Assembly: GCA_038230375.1 (NCBI GenBank)
Contig: JBBRNJ010000065.1
Span: 1 to 49,700 of the forward strand
DNA length: 49,700 bases
Direction of reading: 5' to 3'
Origin: Polyangiales bacterium
GTDB lineage: Bacteria > Myxococcota_A > Polyangia > Polyangiales > Polyangiaceae
The notes under the pieces were generated by a model. It did not search any database. It worked only from the letters and a program-made list of their open reading frames with translations, and was not told where the DNA came from. Within the stretch, counting starts at the first letter, position 1, and every line of letters starts with the position of its first letter. Made by a program: the position numbers and the translations under genes. Positions 29,282-39,027 of the stretch are shown here, in pieces.

Positions 29282-30374
29282 CGCCCGTCTTCGGCGGTGT
29301 GACCATGGGCACCTTCACCTCGTTGATCTGGCTCATGAGCTCGAGCGAGTTCTGGTAGGTCCAGCCGCGCGCGATCTTCCCGTCCCTCATCTTGTAGATG
29401 TCGACGAGATGGACGTTCACCGGGCGCTTGCTCGCGGCGAACGTGCCGAGCTTGCCCTTCTGCGTACCCGTCATCGTGTACTCGACGATGGCGTAGTCGC
29501 CAAAGCCCCACACCTTCTCGTCCCTGAACGCCATGTCCGGGAATGCAGTGCGTAGCGTGGTGAAGAGCCCGCCAGCGTCCTTCTTTCCCTTCACGGTGTT
29601 GATGGAGAGGATGCCGTCGTACTCGACGTCGTCCGTGACGAGCCCGCCGAAGTCCTCCGGCTTGTTCGAGACCAGCGCGGCGTGCGCGGCCTTTGCGGGG
29701 CCTTGCACCTTCGCGTTGTCGGCGTCGCTGCCCTCTGTCAGCTCTGCGGTCGCGGGGACCGTGGGGATGGGACGCGCCTTCTCCTTCGTGGCGCCGATCT
29801 GCGTCATCACCACGCCGAGCTCACCGTAGCGGTGCTCTTCCTTGACCTTGCCGTCGTCGTCGAACCACACGATCGACAGACCGTTGTGGCCGATCGGCTG
29901 CTCCGTGCCCTTCACGCCGAACAGCTGCCCGCTGTGCGTGCCGTTGATCACCCACTCCAGGACCACCACGTTTCCGTTCGACCACACGCGGGAGAACCCG
30001 AGCTTGATCTTGGTGAAGGTCTCGAACCACTCCTGCATGTTCGCCTGGATGGCGTCCTTGCCGTTCACCTCGTTCGCGCCCGCGACCTTGATGATCGCAT
30101 TGTCGGCGTACACGCTCGCGAACTTCTTCGCGTCGTGCGAGTTGAGCCCGTCGAGCGCGGCCTGCATGGCCGCCCCCTGCATGTCCTTCATGGACGCCTT
30201 CGGCGGCGGCGGCGGAGGGGATGCATCCACGACCTCTGGCATGGGAGGCGGCGGCGGGGCCGCGTCGACCACGGTCTCCGGAACCTTCGGAGGCGGCGCG
30301 TCCTCACCGCAGGCGGCGACCGCGGACACGAGGAGGGAGAGCACCACAAGCCCGGCAACGCGAGTCGTTTTCAT
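29214..30374 (-). CDS. Lipoprotein with tandem SnoaL/NTF2-like (ester cyclase) domains
   Basis: AVAA-C lipobox and two domains (VLEWVINGTHSG..DDDGKVKE, and AFPD..EYTMTGTQKG..RDGKIAR). Confidence 0.85.
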   Translation of the reverse strand: MKTTRVAGLVVLSLLVSAVAACGEDAPPPKVPETVVDAAPPPPPMPEVVDASPPPPPPKASMKDMQGAAMQAALDGLNSHDAKKFASVYADNAIIKVAGANEVNGKDAIQANMQEWFETFTKIKLGFSRVWSNGNVVVLEWVINGTHSGQLFGVKGTEQPIGHNGLSIVWFDDDGKVKEEHRYGELGVVMTQIGATKEKARPIPTVPATAELTEGSDADNAKVQGPAKAAHAALVSNKPEDFGGLVTDDVEYDGILSINTVKGKKDAGGLFTTLRTAFPDMAFRDEKVWGFGDYAIVEYTMTGTQKGKLGTFAASKRPVNVHLVDIYKMRDGKIARGWTYQNSLELMSQINEVKVPMVTPPKTGVTPPKTGAAPAPAKPAAPAPKK

Positions 30375-30381
30375 CGATGGC

Positions 30382-30410
30382 AGGTTCGGATCCCTGCGCC
30401 CACACGTCAA
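30382..30410 (-). promoter_or_regulatory. sigma70-type promoter TTGACG-N17-GAACCT, 7 nt before ATG 30374
   Basis: Exact 17-bp spacing with no SD. Confidence 0.55.
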
Positions 30411-31204
30411 GGCGAAACCGGCTTCTCCTCGCGCTTCTCGGCGCTCTTTTCATCGCCCTCGCCCCCGCCGTTCTCTGGAGGTGGCCACGCCATCTCGCTG
30501 ACAGGCGGCTTCATGATGGCGCCGACACCCACGAGGACGACGCACGCGCCCAGGAGGGCCGTGAGCCCGCCGGCAGCGTGGCCTGGATTTCCAGCGCTTC
30601 CGGTGTTCGCCCCGTCGTAGAAGAGCAGCGTGGCCGCGCCGAGAATGAGCGCGCCCATGGCGGTCCCGACGTAGCCTCCCACGTGCGTGTCACCGCCCGC
30701 GCGCCGGGCATAGACGATGTTCGCCGTGGGCGTGATGACGTCCACCACGAAAGCTGTGTGTGACGACGACGTCTTGCCCGAAGGCACCAGGTACGGATAG
30801 CTGACGCGCGCGATCGTCGCGGTGTCGCCGTGCACGGTGATGATGCGATGAAGCCGCGCGCTCCACGCGACCGTCTCCGACAAGAGCCCGCTGTCGGGAA
30901 GCGCCACCAGCGTGGGGGTCCCCACGCATGCGTCACAGCGAAGCGTGATGCCACCACCCGGACGGCGGATGGCTGAGGCTTCGAACATCACGCCGGGTTC
31001 GTATGGCGGCTCGCCCTTCGGCAGCGGAACCTCCGTGGGCTCCGCGCCGGATGCGAGCACGACCTCACCCGTCCCGTCCTTGCTACGCACGCGCACGCTC
31101 ACCGCCGCGGGATCCTTCACCTGGATCTCCGTCGTGATGTCCGTGCAGCCCATCGCCAGCGCTGCGCAAGGCAGCACCACGAAGCAAGCTCGAACGCCGC
31201 GCAT
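30407..31204 (-). CDS. Hypothetical lipoprotein with two C-terminal TM segments
   Basis: LAMG-C lipobox and two hydrophobic helices near the C-terminus. Confidence 0.65.
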   Translation of the reverse strand: MRGVRACFVVLPCAALAMGCTDITTEIQVKDPAAVSVRVRSKDGTGEVVLASGAEPTEVPLPKGEPPYEPGVMFEASAIRRPGGGITLRCDACVGTPTLVALPDSGLLSETVAWSARLHRIITVHGDTATIARVSYPYLVPSGKTSSSHTAFVVDVITPTANIVYARRAGGDTHVGGYVGTAMGALILGAATLLFYDGANTGSAGNPGHAAGGLTALLGACVVLVGVGAIMKPPVSEMAWPPPENGGGEGDEKSAEKREEKPVSP

Positions 31205-31223
31205 GGTGCGAGCGGTCAGCCGA

Positions 31224-31862
31224 TCACTTGTTCGGCTGCGGCGTGACGCGGAGGTACGGCTTCACGACGGTGAAGCCCTTCGGGAACTTGGTCTTCAAGA
31301 GCTCCGGATCCTGGAGCGACGGGACGATGATGACGTCATCGCCGTCCTTCCAGTTCGCCGGTGTCGCCACGGAGTGCGAGTCGGTCAGCTGGAGCGAGTC
31401 GATCACGCGGAGGATCTCGTCGAAGTTGCGGCCGGTGCTCGCCGGGTAGGTGAGCATGAGGCGGACCTTCTTGTTCGGGTCGATGATGAACACCGAGCGC
31501 ACCGTGAGCGTGTCGTTCGCCTGCGGGTGAATCATGCCGTACAGGTTCGACACCTTGCGATCGCCGTCGCCGAGGATCGGGTAGTTCAGCTTCGTCTTCT
31601 GCGTCTCCTCGATGTCGGCCGTCCACTTCTTGTGGCTCTCGACGTCGTCCACGGAGAGCGCGATCGCCTTCACGTTGCGCTTGTCGAACTCGCCCTTCAG
31701 CTTCGCCACGGTGCCGAGCTCGGTCGTGCACACGGGCGTGAAATCCTTCGGGTGCGAGAACAGGACAACCCAGCTCTTGCCAGCCCATTCGTGGAAGCGG
31801 ATCTTGCCGTCGGTGGAGTCCTGCTCGAAGTCCGGTGCGATGCTGCCGAGTTGAATCGTCAT
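31224..31862 (-). CDS. 1-Cys peroxiredoxin (Prx6 subfamily)
   Basis: FSHPKDFTPVCTTE, YPASTGRNFDEILRVIDSLQ and ATPANW motifs. SD AAGGAG. Confidence 0.96.
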   Translation of the reverse strand: MTIQLGSIAPDFEQDSTDGKIRFHEWAGKSWVVLFSHPKDFTPVCTTELGTVAKLKGEFDKRNVKAIALSVDDVESHKKWTADIEETQKTKLNYPILGDGDRKVSNLYGMIHPQANDTLTVRSVFIIDPNKKVRLMLTYPASTGRNFDEILRVIDSLQLTDSHSVATPANWKDGDDVIIVPSLQDPELLKTKFPKGFTVVKPYLRVTPQPNK

Positions 31863-31888
31863 GAGAAACGCTCCTTGATGAGGCAACA

Positions 31889-31917
31889 GACGTACTTCCG
31901 TTATATTGGACAGTCAA
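31889..31917 (-). promoter_or_regulatory. sigma70-type promoter TTGACT-N17-TACGTC for the peroxiredoxin
   Basis: 17-bp AT-rich spacer, short leader with SD. Confidence 0.5.
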
Positions 31918-32318
31918 GGGGCCGGGGTCGCGAAAAGCGGCGCTTGCGGGCCCACGCCATTGATCGCGAGATCGAGCCCCCACGCGATGCCGAGCCCCAC
32001 CACGGTTCCGATCACATCCCAGGTGAAGTCCTTCCACGAAGGATCGCCGAAGCCTATCGAGTCGAGCCCTTCCTTGGCGCCGCCGATCGCGAGCGCGAGG
32101 CCACCGCCGATGAGCAGCGGTGGATAGCGAGCCTTGCACTGCGTGCTCATCACCGCGTACGTGCCGCTCGCGATGGCGGCGGACACACCGAAGTGGAGCG
32201 CCTTGTCCTGGCCAAACCACGGATCGGGATCCGTCGCGCGCGCCACGCGTGTCGTCGCGAGAATGGAGAGGAGCGTGGCGAGGGCGATCCACGCACGGGC
32301 CAGGCGGATGCGCTTCAT
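31914..32318 (-). CDS. YfiM/DUF2279-like membrane protein
   Basis: DPWFGQDKALHF, GGAKE..D and SWKDFTWDVIG motifs. Confidence 0.8.
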   Translation of the reverse strand: MKRIRLARAWIALATLLSILATTRVARATDPDPWFGQDKALHFGVSAAIASGTYAVMSTQCKARYPPLLIGGGLALAIGGAKEGLDSIGFGDPSWKDFTWDVIGTVVGLGIAWGLDLAINGVGPQAPLFATPAP

Positions 32319-32424
32319 GGCTCCATCCTACATCGACGCAGGATCGTGATCGAACCACCAGCAGGCGAAACGGCCACGGTGACAAACGCGTCCTTACGCA
32401 GCAATCGACACCGTCCGAGGTGAT

Positions 32425-32453
32425 TCCGCCAGTGGCGGACTTCTTGCTACCCT
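32425..32453 (+). promoter_or_regulatory. Palindrome TCCGCCA-G-TGGCGGA upstream of extended -10 TGcTACCCT
   Basis: Perfect 7-bp arms at 32425-32439. The -10 at 32448-32453 is 8 nt before ATG 32462. Confidence 0.5.
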
Positions 32454-32461
32454 CACAATCC

Positions 32462-33448
32462 ATGATGCGACGGATTGGTTTCTTTGGCGCGGCCATGCTC
32501 GTGCTTGCGGCTTGTAGCTCCAGCTCCACGAAGGCCACGGGGCCCGGCGCAGGAGGCGGGAGCGGCGGGGTCGAGAGCGACATCACCAAGGACTCCACGT
32601 GGGTGAGCGGGACCACGCTGCCCGCAAGCGTCACCATCGAGGCTGGCGTCACCGTGACCATCGCGCCCGGCGCGAAGATCTCGTGCGCCAAGGACGGCAC
32701 CATCATCGTGCTCGGCATCCTCACGGCAGCGTCGTCGGCATCACACGCGTCGATCTCGTGCGATGCATGGCAAGGCATCGCGGTTGGCGACGGCGGCAAG
32801 ATCAAGCTGGATGGCCTGGACATCTCGAACGCATCGAACGGCCTCGAGATGCAGCCGAACAGCTCCGGCAACTTCGACAACGGCACCATCGACGGTAGCC
32901 AGACGCCGTTCCTCATGGGGACCACCAGCAAGCTCTCCGTCTCCCACGCGAAGGTCACCAAGCCCACGGGGCAGAGCCAGATCAAGGGCGCGTTGACCGC
33001 GTCGTACCTGGCCTACGACAAGGCGGGCAACGAAGGCATCATCCTGGGCGATCCCACGGGCTCGCTCGACATCTCGGACTCGCTCCTCACCGGCAGCGGC
33101 GGCGGTGACTTCGTCGTGGCGGAGGCCGGCGGCAAGGTGTCCGTGGCGTACACGAAGATCACGGGGGCGCACTGCGGCTTCCATTTCGACAAGGTGGACT
33201 CGTTCAAGATCGATCACGTGACCTCCGACGACGTCTACGGCGCGATGCTCTACGGCTCTGGCAGCGGCCCGAACACGATCAGCTATTCGAACATGACTGG
33301 CGTATCGAACTCGATCGACCTGCAGGGAACGAACGGCGCGATCGTCATCGACCACTCGTTCATCGGTACGAACGCCAGCTACAAGGGCACCTCCCCGATG
33401 ATCAACGCACCAGCAAGCGCGACGGTCGCCGGCGCCGAGCCCCGTTGA
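32462..33448 (+). CDS. Lipoprotein, right-handed beta-helix-like
   Basis: VLAA-CSSS lipobox, VTIEAGVTVTIAPGAKI..G.L.A, WQGI and repeating beta-coil pattern. Confidence 0.78.
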   Translation: MMRRIGFFGAAMLVLAACSSSSTKATGPGAGGGSGGVESDITKDSTWVSGTTLPASVTIEAGVTVTIAPGAKISCAKDGTIIVLGILTAASSASHASISCDAWQGIAVGDGGKIKLDGLDISNASNGLEMQPNSSGNFDNGTIDGSQTPFLMGTTSKLSVSHAKVTKPTGQSQIKGALTASYLAYDKAGNEGIILGDPTGSLDISDSLLTGSGGGDFVVAEAGGKVSVAYTKITGAHCGFHFDKVDSFKIDHVTSDDVYGAMLYGSGSGPNTISYSNMTGVSNSIDLQGTNGAIVIDHSFIGTNASYKGTSPMINAPASATVAGAEPR

Positions 33449-33472
33449 ATCTCAGGTGCGGCGATAGACCGC

Positions 33473-34189
33473 TCACCGCGCGACACCCAGCACGGAGACG
33501 AGCACGCAGACGACCAGTGTTCCGAGCTCCAGGCGCGTGGAGCCGCGCTCCGTGAAGTAGCGGCGCAGGCGATCTCCCAGCGCGTTGCCTGCGAAGATCG
33601 CGATCGTGATGCATGCGATCGGCATCAGCTGATCGACGTGCAGCAACCCGGTCTTCGCGTACGACGTGACGCGACCGACGTGAATCGCGCACGCAACGAC
33701 CGCCGACGTGCCGACGAACGCTCGCCCCGTGAGGCCCGCCGAGAGCAAGAGTGGTGACACGAGCACGCCGGCGCCCCCCGACGTTCCCGTGAGGAAGCCA
33801 ACCACCCCGCCAGCGAGCGGAAATGCACGCGGGGGAACCCGCACCGACAACGCAAGCGCGCGGCGCGTGATCGCGAACACCGTGAGCACCACCAGCACCG
33901 CAGAGATCCCGACCGCGGGAATTCGCCCTGCGAACAGCCCGCCGAGCACAGCCGCGGGCGCCGCACCGACGCACAGCCCCAGCGCGATCCTCCACACGAC
34001 GTCACGCCGACAGAGCACAGCGCGATGAAGGTTGCCCAGCAACAGCGCCGGCGAGGACAGCGCGAGCGCCTCGTGCGGATCGCGAAGCACGCCCAGCGCG
34101 AGCAGCAGAAAAAGGCCACCGCCCTGGCCCGCGAGCGTTGTCAGCACACCAGCAACGACCCCAAGAAGAAGAAGAGGCGCGTAGCCCAT
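33473..34189 (-). CDS. TauE/SafE (TSUP) family transporter
   Basis: GVVAGVLTTLAGQGGG, second repeat GGVVGFLTGTSGGAG, and FVGT. Highly hydrophobic. Confidence 0.82.
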   Translation of the reverse strand: MGYAPLLLLGVVAGVLTTLAGQGGGLFLLLALGVLRDPHEALALSSPALLLGNLHRAVLCRRDVVWRIALGLCVGAAPAAVLGGLFAGRIPAVGISAVLVVLTVFAITRRALALSVRVPPRAFPLAGGVVGFLTGTSGGAGVLVSPLLLSAGLTGRAFVGTSAVVACAIHVGRVTSYAKTGLLHVDQLMPIACITIAIFAGNALGDRLRRYFTERGSTRLELGTLVVCVLVSVLGVAR

Positions 34190-34219
34190 GCCCCTTGATG
34201 TGGGGTCGAACCGGTCATG

Positions 34220-34241
34220 AATCCAATCGATAGTTTGGATT
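34220..34241. promoter_or_regulatory. Inverted repeat AATCCAA-N8-TTGGATT containing ATC-N9-GAT (LysR-type T-N11-A)
   Basis: AT-rich palindrome in the divergent TauE/lipoprotein intergenic region. Confidence 0.5.
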
Positions 34242-34274
34242 GTTCCCATGCAACAGGAACATGGCACCCGGGCA

Positions 34275-34283
34275 TGCTAGAAT
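34275..34283 (+). promoter_or_regulatory. Extended -10 TGcTAGAAT, 6 nt before ATG 34290
   Basis: Near-consensus TGnTATAAT with no SD. Confidence 0.65.
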
Positions 34284-34289
34284 CTGTCG

Positions 34290-35258
34290 ATGAACGTTGC
34301 TCGCTTCAGCGCTCTCTCGTGCGTCGTCGGCCTGCTCGCTTCTCTTGGCTGCTCGGGCTCCTCCAGCGGCTCCGGCTTCGACCCCAACAACCCCAACGGT
34401 ACGGGCGGCGGTGGTGGTGGCGGTGGCGGCAACGGTAACGGCGGTGGGCTCGGCGGCAGCGGCGGGGCGACCGGCAGCGATGGCGGCGCGACGAACACTG
34501 ACTGCTCGGACGCGGCGAAGCTCGTCTACGTCGTGAGCGCGGAAAACGACCTCTACAGCTTCGCGCCCGCGGACTCGAAGTTCACCAAGATCGGCACGCT
34601 CGATTGCAGCGCGGGCAGCGCATCTCCGAACAGCATGGCGGTCGATCGCTCGGGCACCGCATGGGTCAACTTCGACGACGGCAACCTCTTCAAGGTCTCC
34701 ACTGCGGACGCGCACTGCACGTCCACGTCGTTCAAGCCCAACCAGCACGGCTTCAAGAAGTTCGGCATGGCGTTCTCTTCGAACTCCGCCGGCAGCATGG
34801 ACGAGTCGCTCTTCGTCGTCGGGCTCAACGGGCTCGGTACGGGGCAGGGCCTCGCCAAGATCGACCTCGGCACCATGTCGCTCGACCTCATCGGCGACTT
34901 CAGCGGCTCGCTCAAGGGAAAGGGCGCGGAGCTCACGGGCACTGGTGACGGCAAGCTCTATGGCTTCTTCACCACGAACCCCAACGCCACGCTCGCCGAG
35001 ATCGACAAGAGCGCGGGCGGCACGCCGACGCCGATCAGCCTGAAGGGCGTGAACACCGGGCTCGCGTGGGCCTTCTCCTTCTGGGGTGGAGACTTCTGGT
35101 ACTACACGTCCGACGGCATCTCGCCCTCGACCGTCACGCGCCAGAAGACCTCTGCAGACGGCTCGATCGCCGTCTCTGTGTCCGACGTGGGCGGCTTCCG
35201 CATCGTGGGCGCCGGCGTCTCCACGTGCGCGCCGACCAAGCCACCCACCACGAAGTGA
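34290..35258 (+). CDS. Hypothetical lipoprotein, beta-propeller-like
   Basis: ASLG-C lipobox, Gly linker, SMAVDRSG, AELTGTGDG, AFSFWGG and IVGAGVSTCAP. Confidence 0.82.
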   Translation: MNVARFSALSCVVGLLASLGCSGSSSGSGFDPNNPNGTGGGGGGGGGNGNGGGLGGSGGATGSDGGATNTDCSDAAKLVYVVSAENDLYSFAPADSKFTKIGTLDCSAGSASPNSMAVDRSGTAWVNFDDGNLFKVSTADAHCTSTSFKPNQHGFKKFGMAFSSNSAGSMDESLFVVGLNGLGTGQGLAKIDLGTMSLDLIGDFSGSLKGKGAELTGTGDGKLYGFFTTNPNATLAEIDKSAGGTPTPISLKGVNTGLAWAFSFWGGDFWYYTSDGISPSTVTRQKTSADGSIAVSVSDVGGFRIVGAGVSTCAPTKPPTTK

Positions 35259-35312
35259 CTCTTCCGCGTGTTGCATGGCGCCGCTCGCGAAAAATCGCTA
35301 GCCTCGTCAGCC

Positions 35313-36641
35313 ATGTCACAGAGCCCCGACATCGCCGAGACCCACGCCAAGTACGTCCTCACCCCCTGGGTCGCGCAAGGAGGACTGCGCGCTCCGGTGA
35401 TCGACCGCGGTGAGGGCAGCTTCCTCATCGACGAGCAAGGCAAGCGCTACTTCGATCTGGGCAGCGGCCTCATCGCCGTGAACCTTGGCCACGGCCACCC
35501 GAAGGTGGTCGCTGCGATCAAGGCGCAGGCCGACAAGATCGGCTACTCCGCGCCGGGCCTCTTCAACCGCGCCCGCGCCGAGCTCGCAGAGGAGCTCTCC
35601 AAGATCTCGCCATGGAAGGAGGGCTGCCGCACCTTCTTCACCACCGCCGGCGCCGAAGCCAACGACGACGTCGTGCGCCTCGCCCGAAATCTCACCGGCC
35701 GCATGAAGGTGCTCACGGCATACCGCTCCTTCCACGGCTCCACCGGCACGTCCGTCACGCTCACGGGCGAGGACCGTCGCTGGGGCGGCGAGCCCGGCGG
35801 CTACGGCGTCGTGCGATTCTTTGCACCCTACACGTATCGCAGCCCCTTCTACGCCACCACGGAGAAGGAGGAGTGCGACCGCGCGCTCGACCACCTGAAG
35901 CGCGTGCTCTTGCACGAAGATCCGAAGCGCGTCGCAGCGCTCCTCATCGAGCCGGTCGTCGGCTCCAACGGCGTCATCATCTATCCCGACGGCTATCTGC
36001 AGGGTCTGCGCGCCATCTGCGACGAGCACGGCATCCTGCTCGTCTTCGACGAGGTCATGACCGGCTTCGGCCGCACGGGCGCGGCGTTTGCTGCGCAGCG
36101 CTTCGGCGTCACACCGGACATGATGACGTTCGCGAAGGGCGTGACCTCCGCGTACGTGCCGCTCGGTGGAATCATGATCCGTGAGTCGCTGGCGAAGACC
36201 TACGACGAGCGCGCGCTGCCCTCCGGGCACACGTATTCTGGTCACCCCATGAGCGTCGCGTGCGGCCTGGCTGCCGTGCGCGCGTACCAGGAGGAGGGGC
36301 TCTTCGAGCGCGGCCGCGAGATCGAGGGCTGGCTCAAGGAAGGCCTTGGCAAGCTCGCCTCCACACACGCGCTCATCGGAGAGGTGCGCGGCGTGGGCGC
36401 GTTCTTCGCGATCGAGCTCGTGAAGGATCGCACCTCACGCGAGCCGCTGGTCCCGTGGCACGGCCCAGGTCCCGGCGTCATGAAGGCGTTCTTCGCGGAG
36501 CTACGCGCGCGAGGCGTCTTCACCTTCGGCAAGTTCAACGTCGCGATGATCGCGCCGCCCCTCACGTGCAAGAAGGCGGAGCTGGATACTGCACTCTCCG
36601 CGGTCGACGAAGCGCTGGCGGTGCTCGCAAAGAGCCTCTGA
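35313..36641 (+). CDS. Class III PLP aminotransferase (omega-amino acid / taurine-pyruvate-like)
   Basis: NLGHGHP, GAEAND, SFHGST, FDEVMTGFGRTG, AKGVTS and GHTYSGHP motifs. TAGCCT lies 8 nt before the ATG. Confidence 0.92.
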   Translation: MSQSPDIAETHAKYVLTPWVAQGGLRAPVIDRGEGSFLIDEQGKRYFDLGSGLIAVNLGHGHPKVVAAIKAQADKIGYSAPGLFNRARAELAEELSKISPWKEGCRTFFTTAGAEANDDVVRLARNLTGRMKVLTAYRSFHGSTGTSVTLTGEDRRWGGEPGGYGVVRFFAPYTYRSPFYATTEKEECDRALDHLKRVLLHEDPKRVAALLIEPVVGSNGVIIYPDGYLQGLRAICDEHGILLVFDEVMTGFGRTGAAFAAQRFGVTPDMMTFAKGVTSAYVPLGGIMIRESLAKTYDERALPSGHTYSGHPMSVACGLAAVRAYQEEGLFERGREIEGWLKEGLGKLASTHALIGEVRGVGAFFAIELVKDRTSREPLVPWHGPGPGVMKAFFAELRARGVFTFGKFNVAMIAPPLTCKKAELDTALSAVDEALAVLAKSL

Positions 36642-36692
36642 CGCGCTCTGGGGTGCGGGTGCTCTCCGGCGATCGGGTCCAAACGAGCCGGG

Positions 36693-38207
36693 CTAGGCCG
36701 TCGCGTCGGCACGCGCAGCCGCCTCAGCCGTGGCTGCGGGCTGGGCCTTCTCCATGACGTAGTTCTCGGAGTCGAAGCGGCGCAGGCGTAGGCGGAACTC
36801 GGAGGCGAAGCCTGGCCATAGTGTCGTGTTCTTGCCGTTCTTCGCGCGGTACCAGCTCACGCAGCCGCCGGTGCCCCACACGGCGCGATCGAGGCGCGGA
36901 TGGATCTCGTCGTTGTAGGACTTCTGACGCTCCGGGCGGACCTCGAGGCGCGAAAGGTTCTTCGCGAACACGGTGTCGAGCGCCTGCGCGATGTAGGCGA
37001 TCTGCGACTCGATCATGTGCACCATCGAGTTGTGGCCAAGGCCCGTGTTCGGTCCAACGATCTGGAACATGTTCGGGAAGCCCGCGACGGCGGTGCCGAG
37101 ATACGCCTCCGCGCCGTCCTTCCAGGCCTCGTTCAGGTGGAGGCCATCGCGGCCGCGCACGTCGAACGGAGCCACGGCATCCGCCGCATTGAAGCCCGTG
37201 GAGAGGATGATCGCGTCCAGATCGATCGTGCGGCCGTCCGCGAGCACGACGCCGCGCGTTGACATGCCCGCTATGGACGTGGTCTCCACGCTCACGTTCG
37301 GGCGCATGAGCGTTGGATAGTAGTCGTTCGAGAGGAGGATGCGCTTGCAGCCCATGCGGTACGTGGGGGTCAGCTTCTCGCGCAGGACCGGATCGGGGAC
37401 CTGCCTGCGGAGGTGACTGCGCGCGAGCCGTTCGCCCACGGTGAGCACCCGCTTGTTCAGCACGAAGCCGACGCCGCGCAGATCGAGCGTGGTGAAGATC
37501 AACTTGCGATACGCATCCTGTAGCCGCGGGAAGCGCGCGTAGAGCAGGCGCTCCGCGGGCTCGATCGCGCGGTCTGCCTTCGGCATGATCCACGGCGGCG
37601 TGCGCTGCAGCACGGTGAGCGTCTTCACGGTCTTCGCGATCTCGGGGACGATCTGGATGGCGCTCGCGCCCGTGCCGAGCACCGCGACCCGCTTGTTCGT
37701 CAGATCGTAGTCGTGCTCCCACCGGGCCGAATGGAACGCCTTGCCGCCGAACGTGGCAAGGCCGGGGATGCTCGGAAATGAGGGGCGGCTCAAACCACCG
37801 GTCGCGGTCACGAGCGCGCGCGCCCACAGCGTCTCGTCCTTGCTGGTGCGTACCTCCCAGAGGCCGCGGTCCTCGTGCCACGTCGCGGAAGCGACCTCCG
37901 TGCCGAAGCGGATGTGCGTGCGCACGCCGTACTTGTCCGCGCAGTGGCGGAGGTAGTCCAGGATCTCCGCCTGCAGCCCGAACATGCGCGACCACCGCGG
38001 GTTCGGCTCGAACGAGAACGAATAGAGGTGCGACGGGATGTCGCACGCGGCGCCCGGATACGTGTTGTCGCGCCACGTGCCGCCGACGTCGTTCCCGCGC
38101 TCGAGCACGGTGAACGAATCGAAGCCCCGCTCGCGAAGCTTGATCGCCATGCCGAGGCCGCCAAAACCAGAGCCCACGATGATCACGTGCCTGCGCGGAT
38201 CGAGCAT
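36693..38207 (-). CDS. Flavin-containing monooxygenase, Baeyer-Villiger type
   Basis: GSGFGG, GGTWRDNTYPG, FGGKAFHSARW (FxGxxxHxxxW), GTGASA and STGF. TACAGT lies 7 nt before ATG 38207. Confidence 0.93.
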   Translation of the reverse strand: MLDPRRHVIIVGSGFGGLGMAIKLRERGFDSFTVLERGNDVGGTWRDNTYPGAACDIPSHLYSFSFEPNPRWSRMFGLQAEILDYLRHCADKYGVRTHIRFGTEVASATWHEDRGLWEVRTSKDETLWARALVTATGGLSRPSFPSIPGLATFGGKAFHSARWEHDYDLTNKRVAVLGTGASAIQIVPEIAKTVKTLTVLQRTPPWIMPKADRAIEPAERLLYARFPRLQDAYRKLIFTTLDLRGVGFVLNKRVLTVGERLARSHLRRQVPDPVLREKLTPTYRMGCKRILLSNDYYPTLMRPNVSVETTSIAGMSTRGVVLADGRTIDLDAIILSTGFNAADAVAPFDVRGRDGLHLNEAWKDGAEAYLGTAVAGFPNMFQIVGPNTGLGHNSMVHMIESQIAYIAQALDTVFAKNLSRLEVRPERQKSYNDEIHPRLDRAVWGTGGCVSWYRAKNGKNTTLWPGFASEFRLRLRRFDSENYVMEKAQPAATAEAAARADATA

Positions 38208-38280
38208 CGCATTGACTGTAAAACAACAACGCCGTGGGTCAATGGGCCGCGACCGGCCAGGCTCTTCCGCGCTGGGCAAT

Positions 38281-39027
38281 TCAGCGCGCCTGCGGCGACG
38301 GACAACAAGCATCTCGTGATGGGTCAAGGGCTCCGCTCAGCGCCGCTGCGCTCCTCACGTTGACCAGACCGAAGAGCACGATGCCGATGCCCGCCACACG
38401 ACGAATCCACGGTCGGCGCACGAGCGAGGACAGGCGATGCGTGAACGCGCTGACCGCGAGCATCGACGGCAACGTGCCCATGAAGAACGCAGTCATGGTG
38501 AGCGCGCCATCACGCGCACTCCCGGTCCCGAGCGCCGCGCCAAGCGCCGCGTACACGAGGCCGCACGGAAGGAAGCCCCACAGCGCACCGAGCGCGAACG
38601 CGGAAGGGTGACCGCGCACTGGCAAGAGTCGCTTCGCCACTGGCTCGATGCGCGACCACAGCGGCGCGCCCAGCCGCTCCACCACGCCGAGCTTCCGCCA
38701 CACACCCGCGAGGTAAAGCCCCACCGCCACCATCATCACACCGGCGACGAAGCGAAGTCCGATCTGCACGCCCGACAGGAGCTCCACACGGTTCGCAAGC
38801 AGACCAAATGCACCAGCCAGCGCGCCCGCGAACGCATACGACACGAGCCTGCCGCCGTTGTAGGCGAGCGCCAGCGTCATGCTCGGCGCCTTCCGCGCGC
38901 GTCCGAGCGACACGACGTTCGACGAAGACAGCAGCGTCACGATGCCACCGCACATCGCAACGCAGTGCGTGCTGCCGAGCAGGCCAAGGAAGAACGCAGA
39001 GACGATGAAGGTCGGATTCATCGTCAC
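38281..39027 (-). CDS. cbb3-associated membrane protein (DsbD_2 / TauE-like)
   Basis: HCVAMCGG, YNGGRL.SY, GFLPCGLVY and FFMGTLP motifs. GTGA overlap with ccoG. Confidence 0.88.
   Translation of the reverse strand: MTMNPTFIVSAFFLGLLGSTHCVAMCGGIVTLLSSSNVVSLGRARKAPSMTLALAYNGGRLVSYAFAGALAGAFGLLANRVELLSGVQIGLRFVAGVMMVAVGLYLAGVWRKLGVVERLGAPLWSRIEPVAKRLLPVRGHPSAFALGALWGFLPCGLVYAALGAALGTGSARDGALTMTAFFMGTLPSMLAVSAFTHRLSSLVRRPWIRRVAGIGIVLFGLVNVRSAAALSGALDPSRDACCPSPQAR

Noticed and set aside
29262..29303. 21-bp direct repeat
   Set aside because: Simple coding duplication (VTPPKTG x2) in the SnoaL protein tail.
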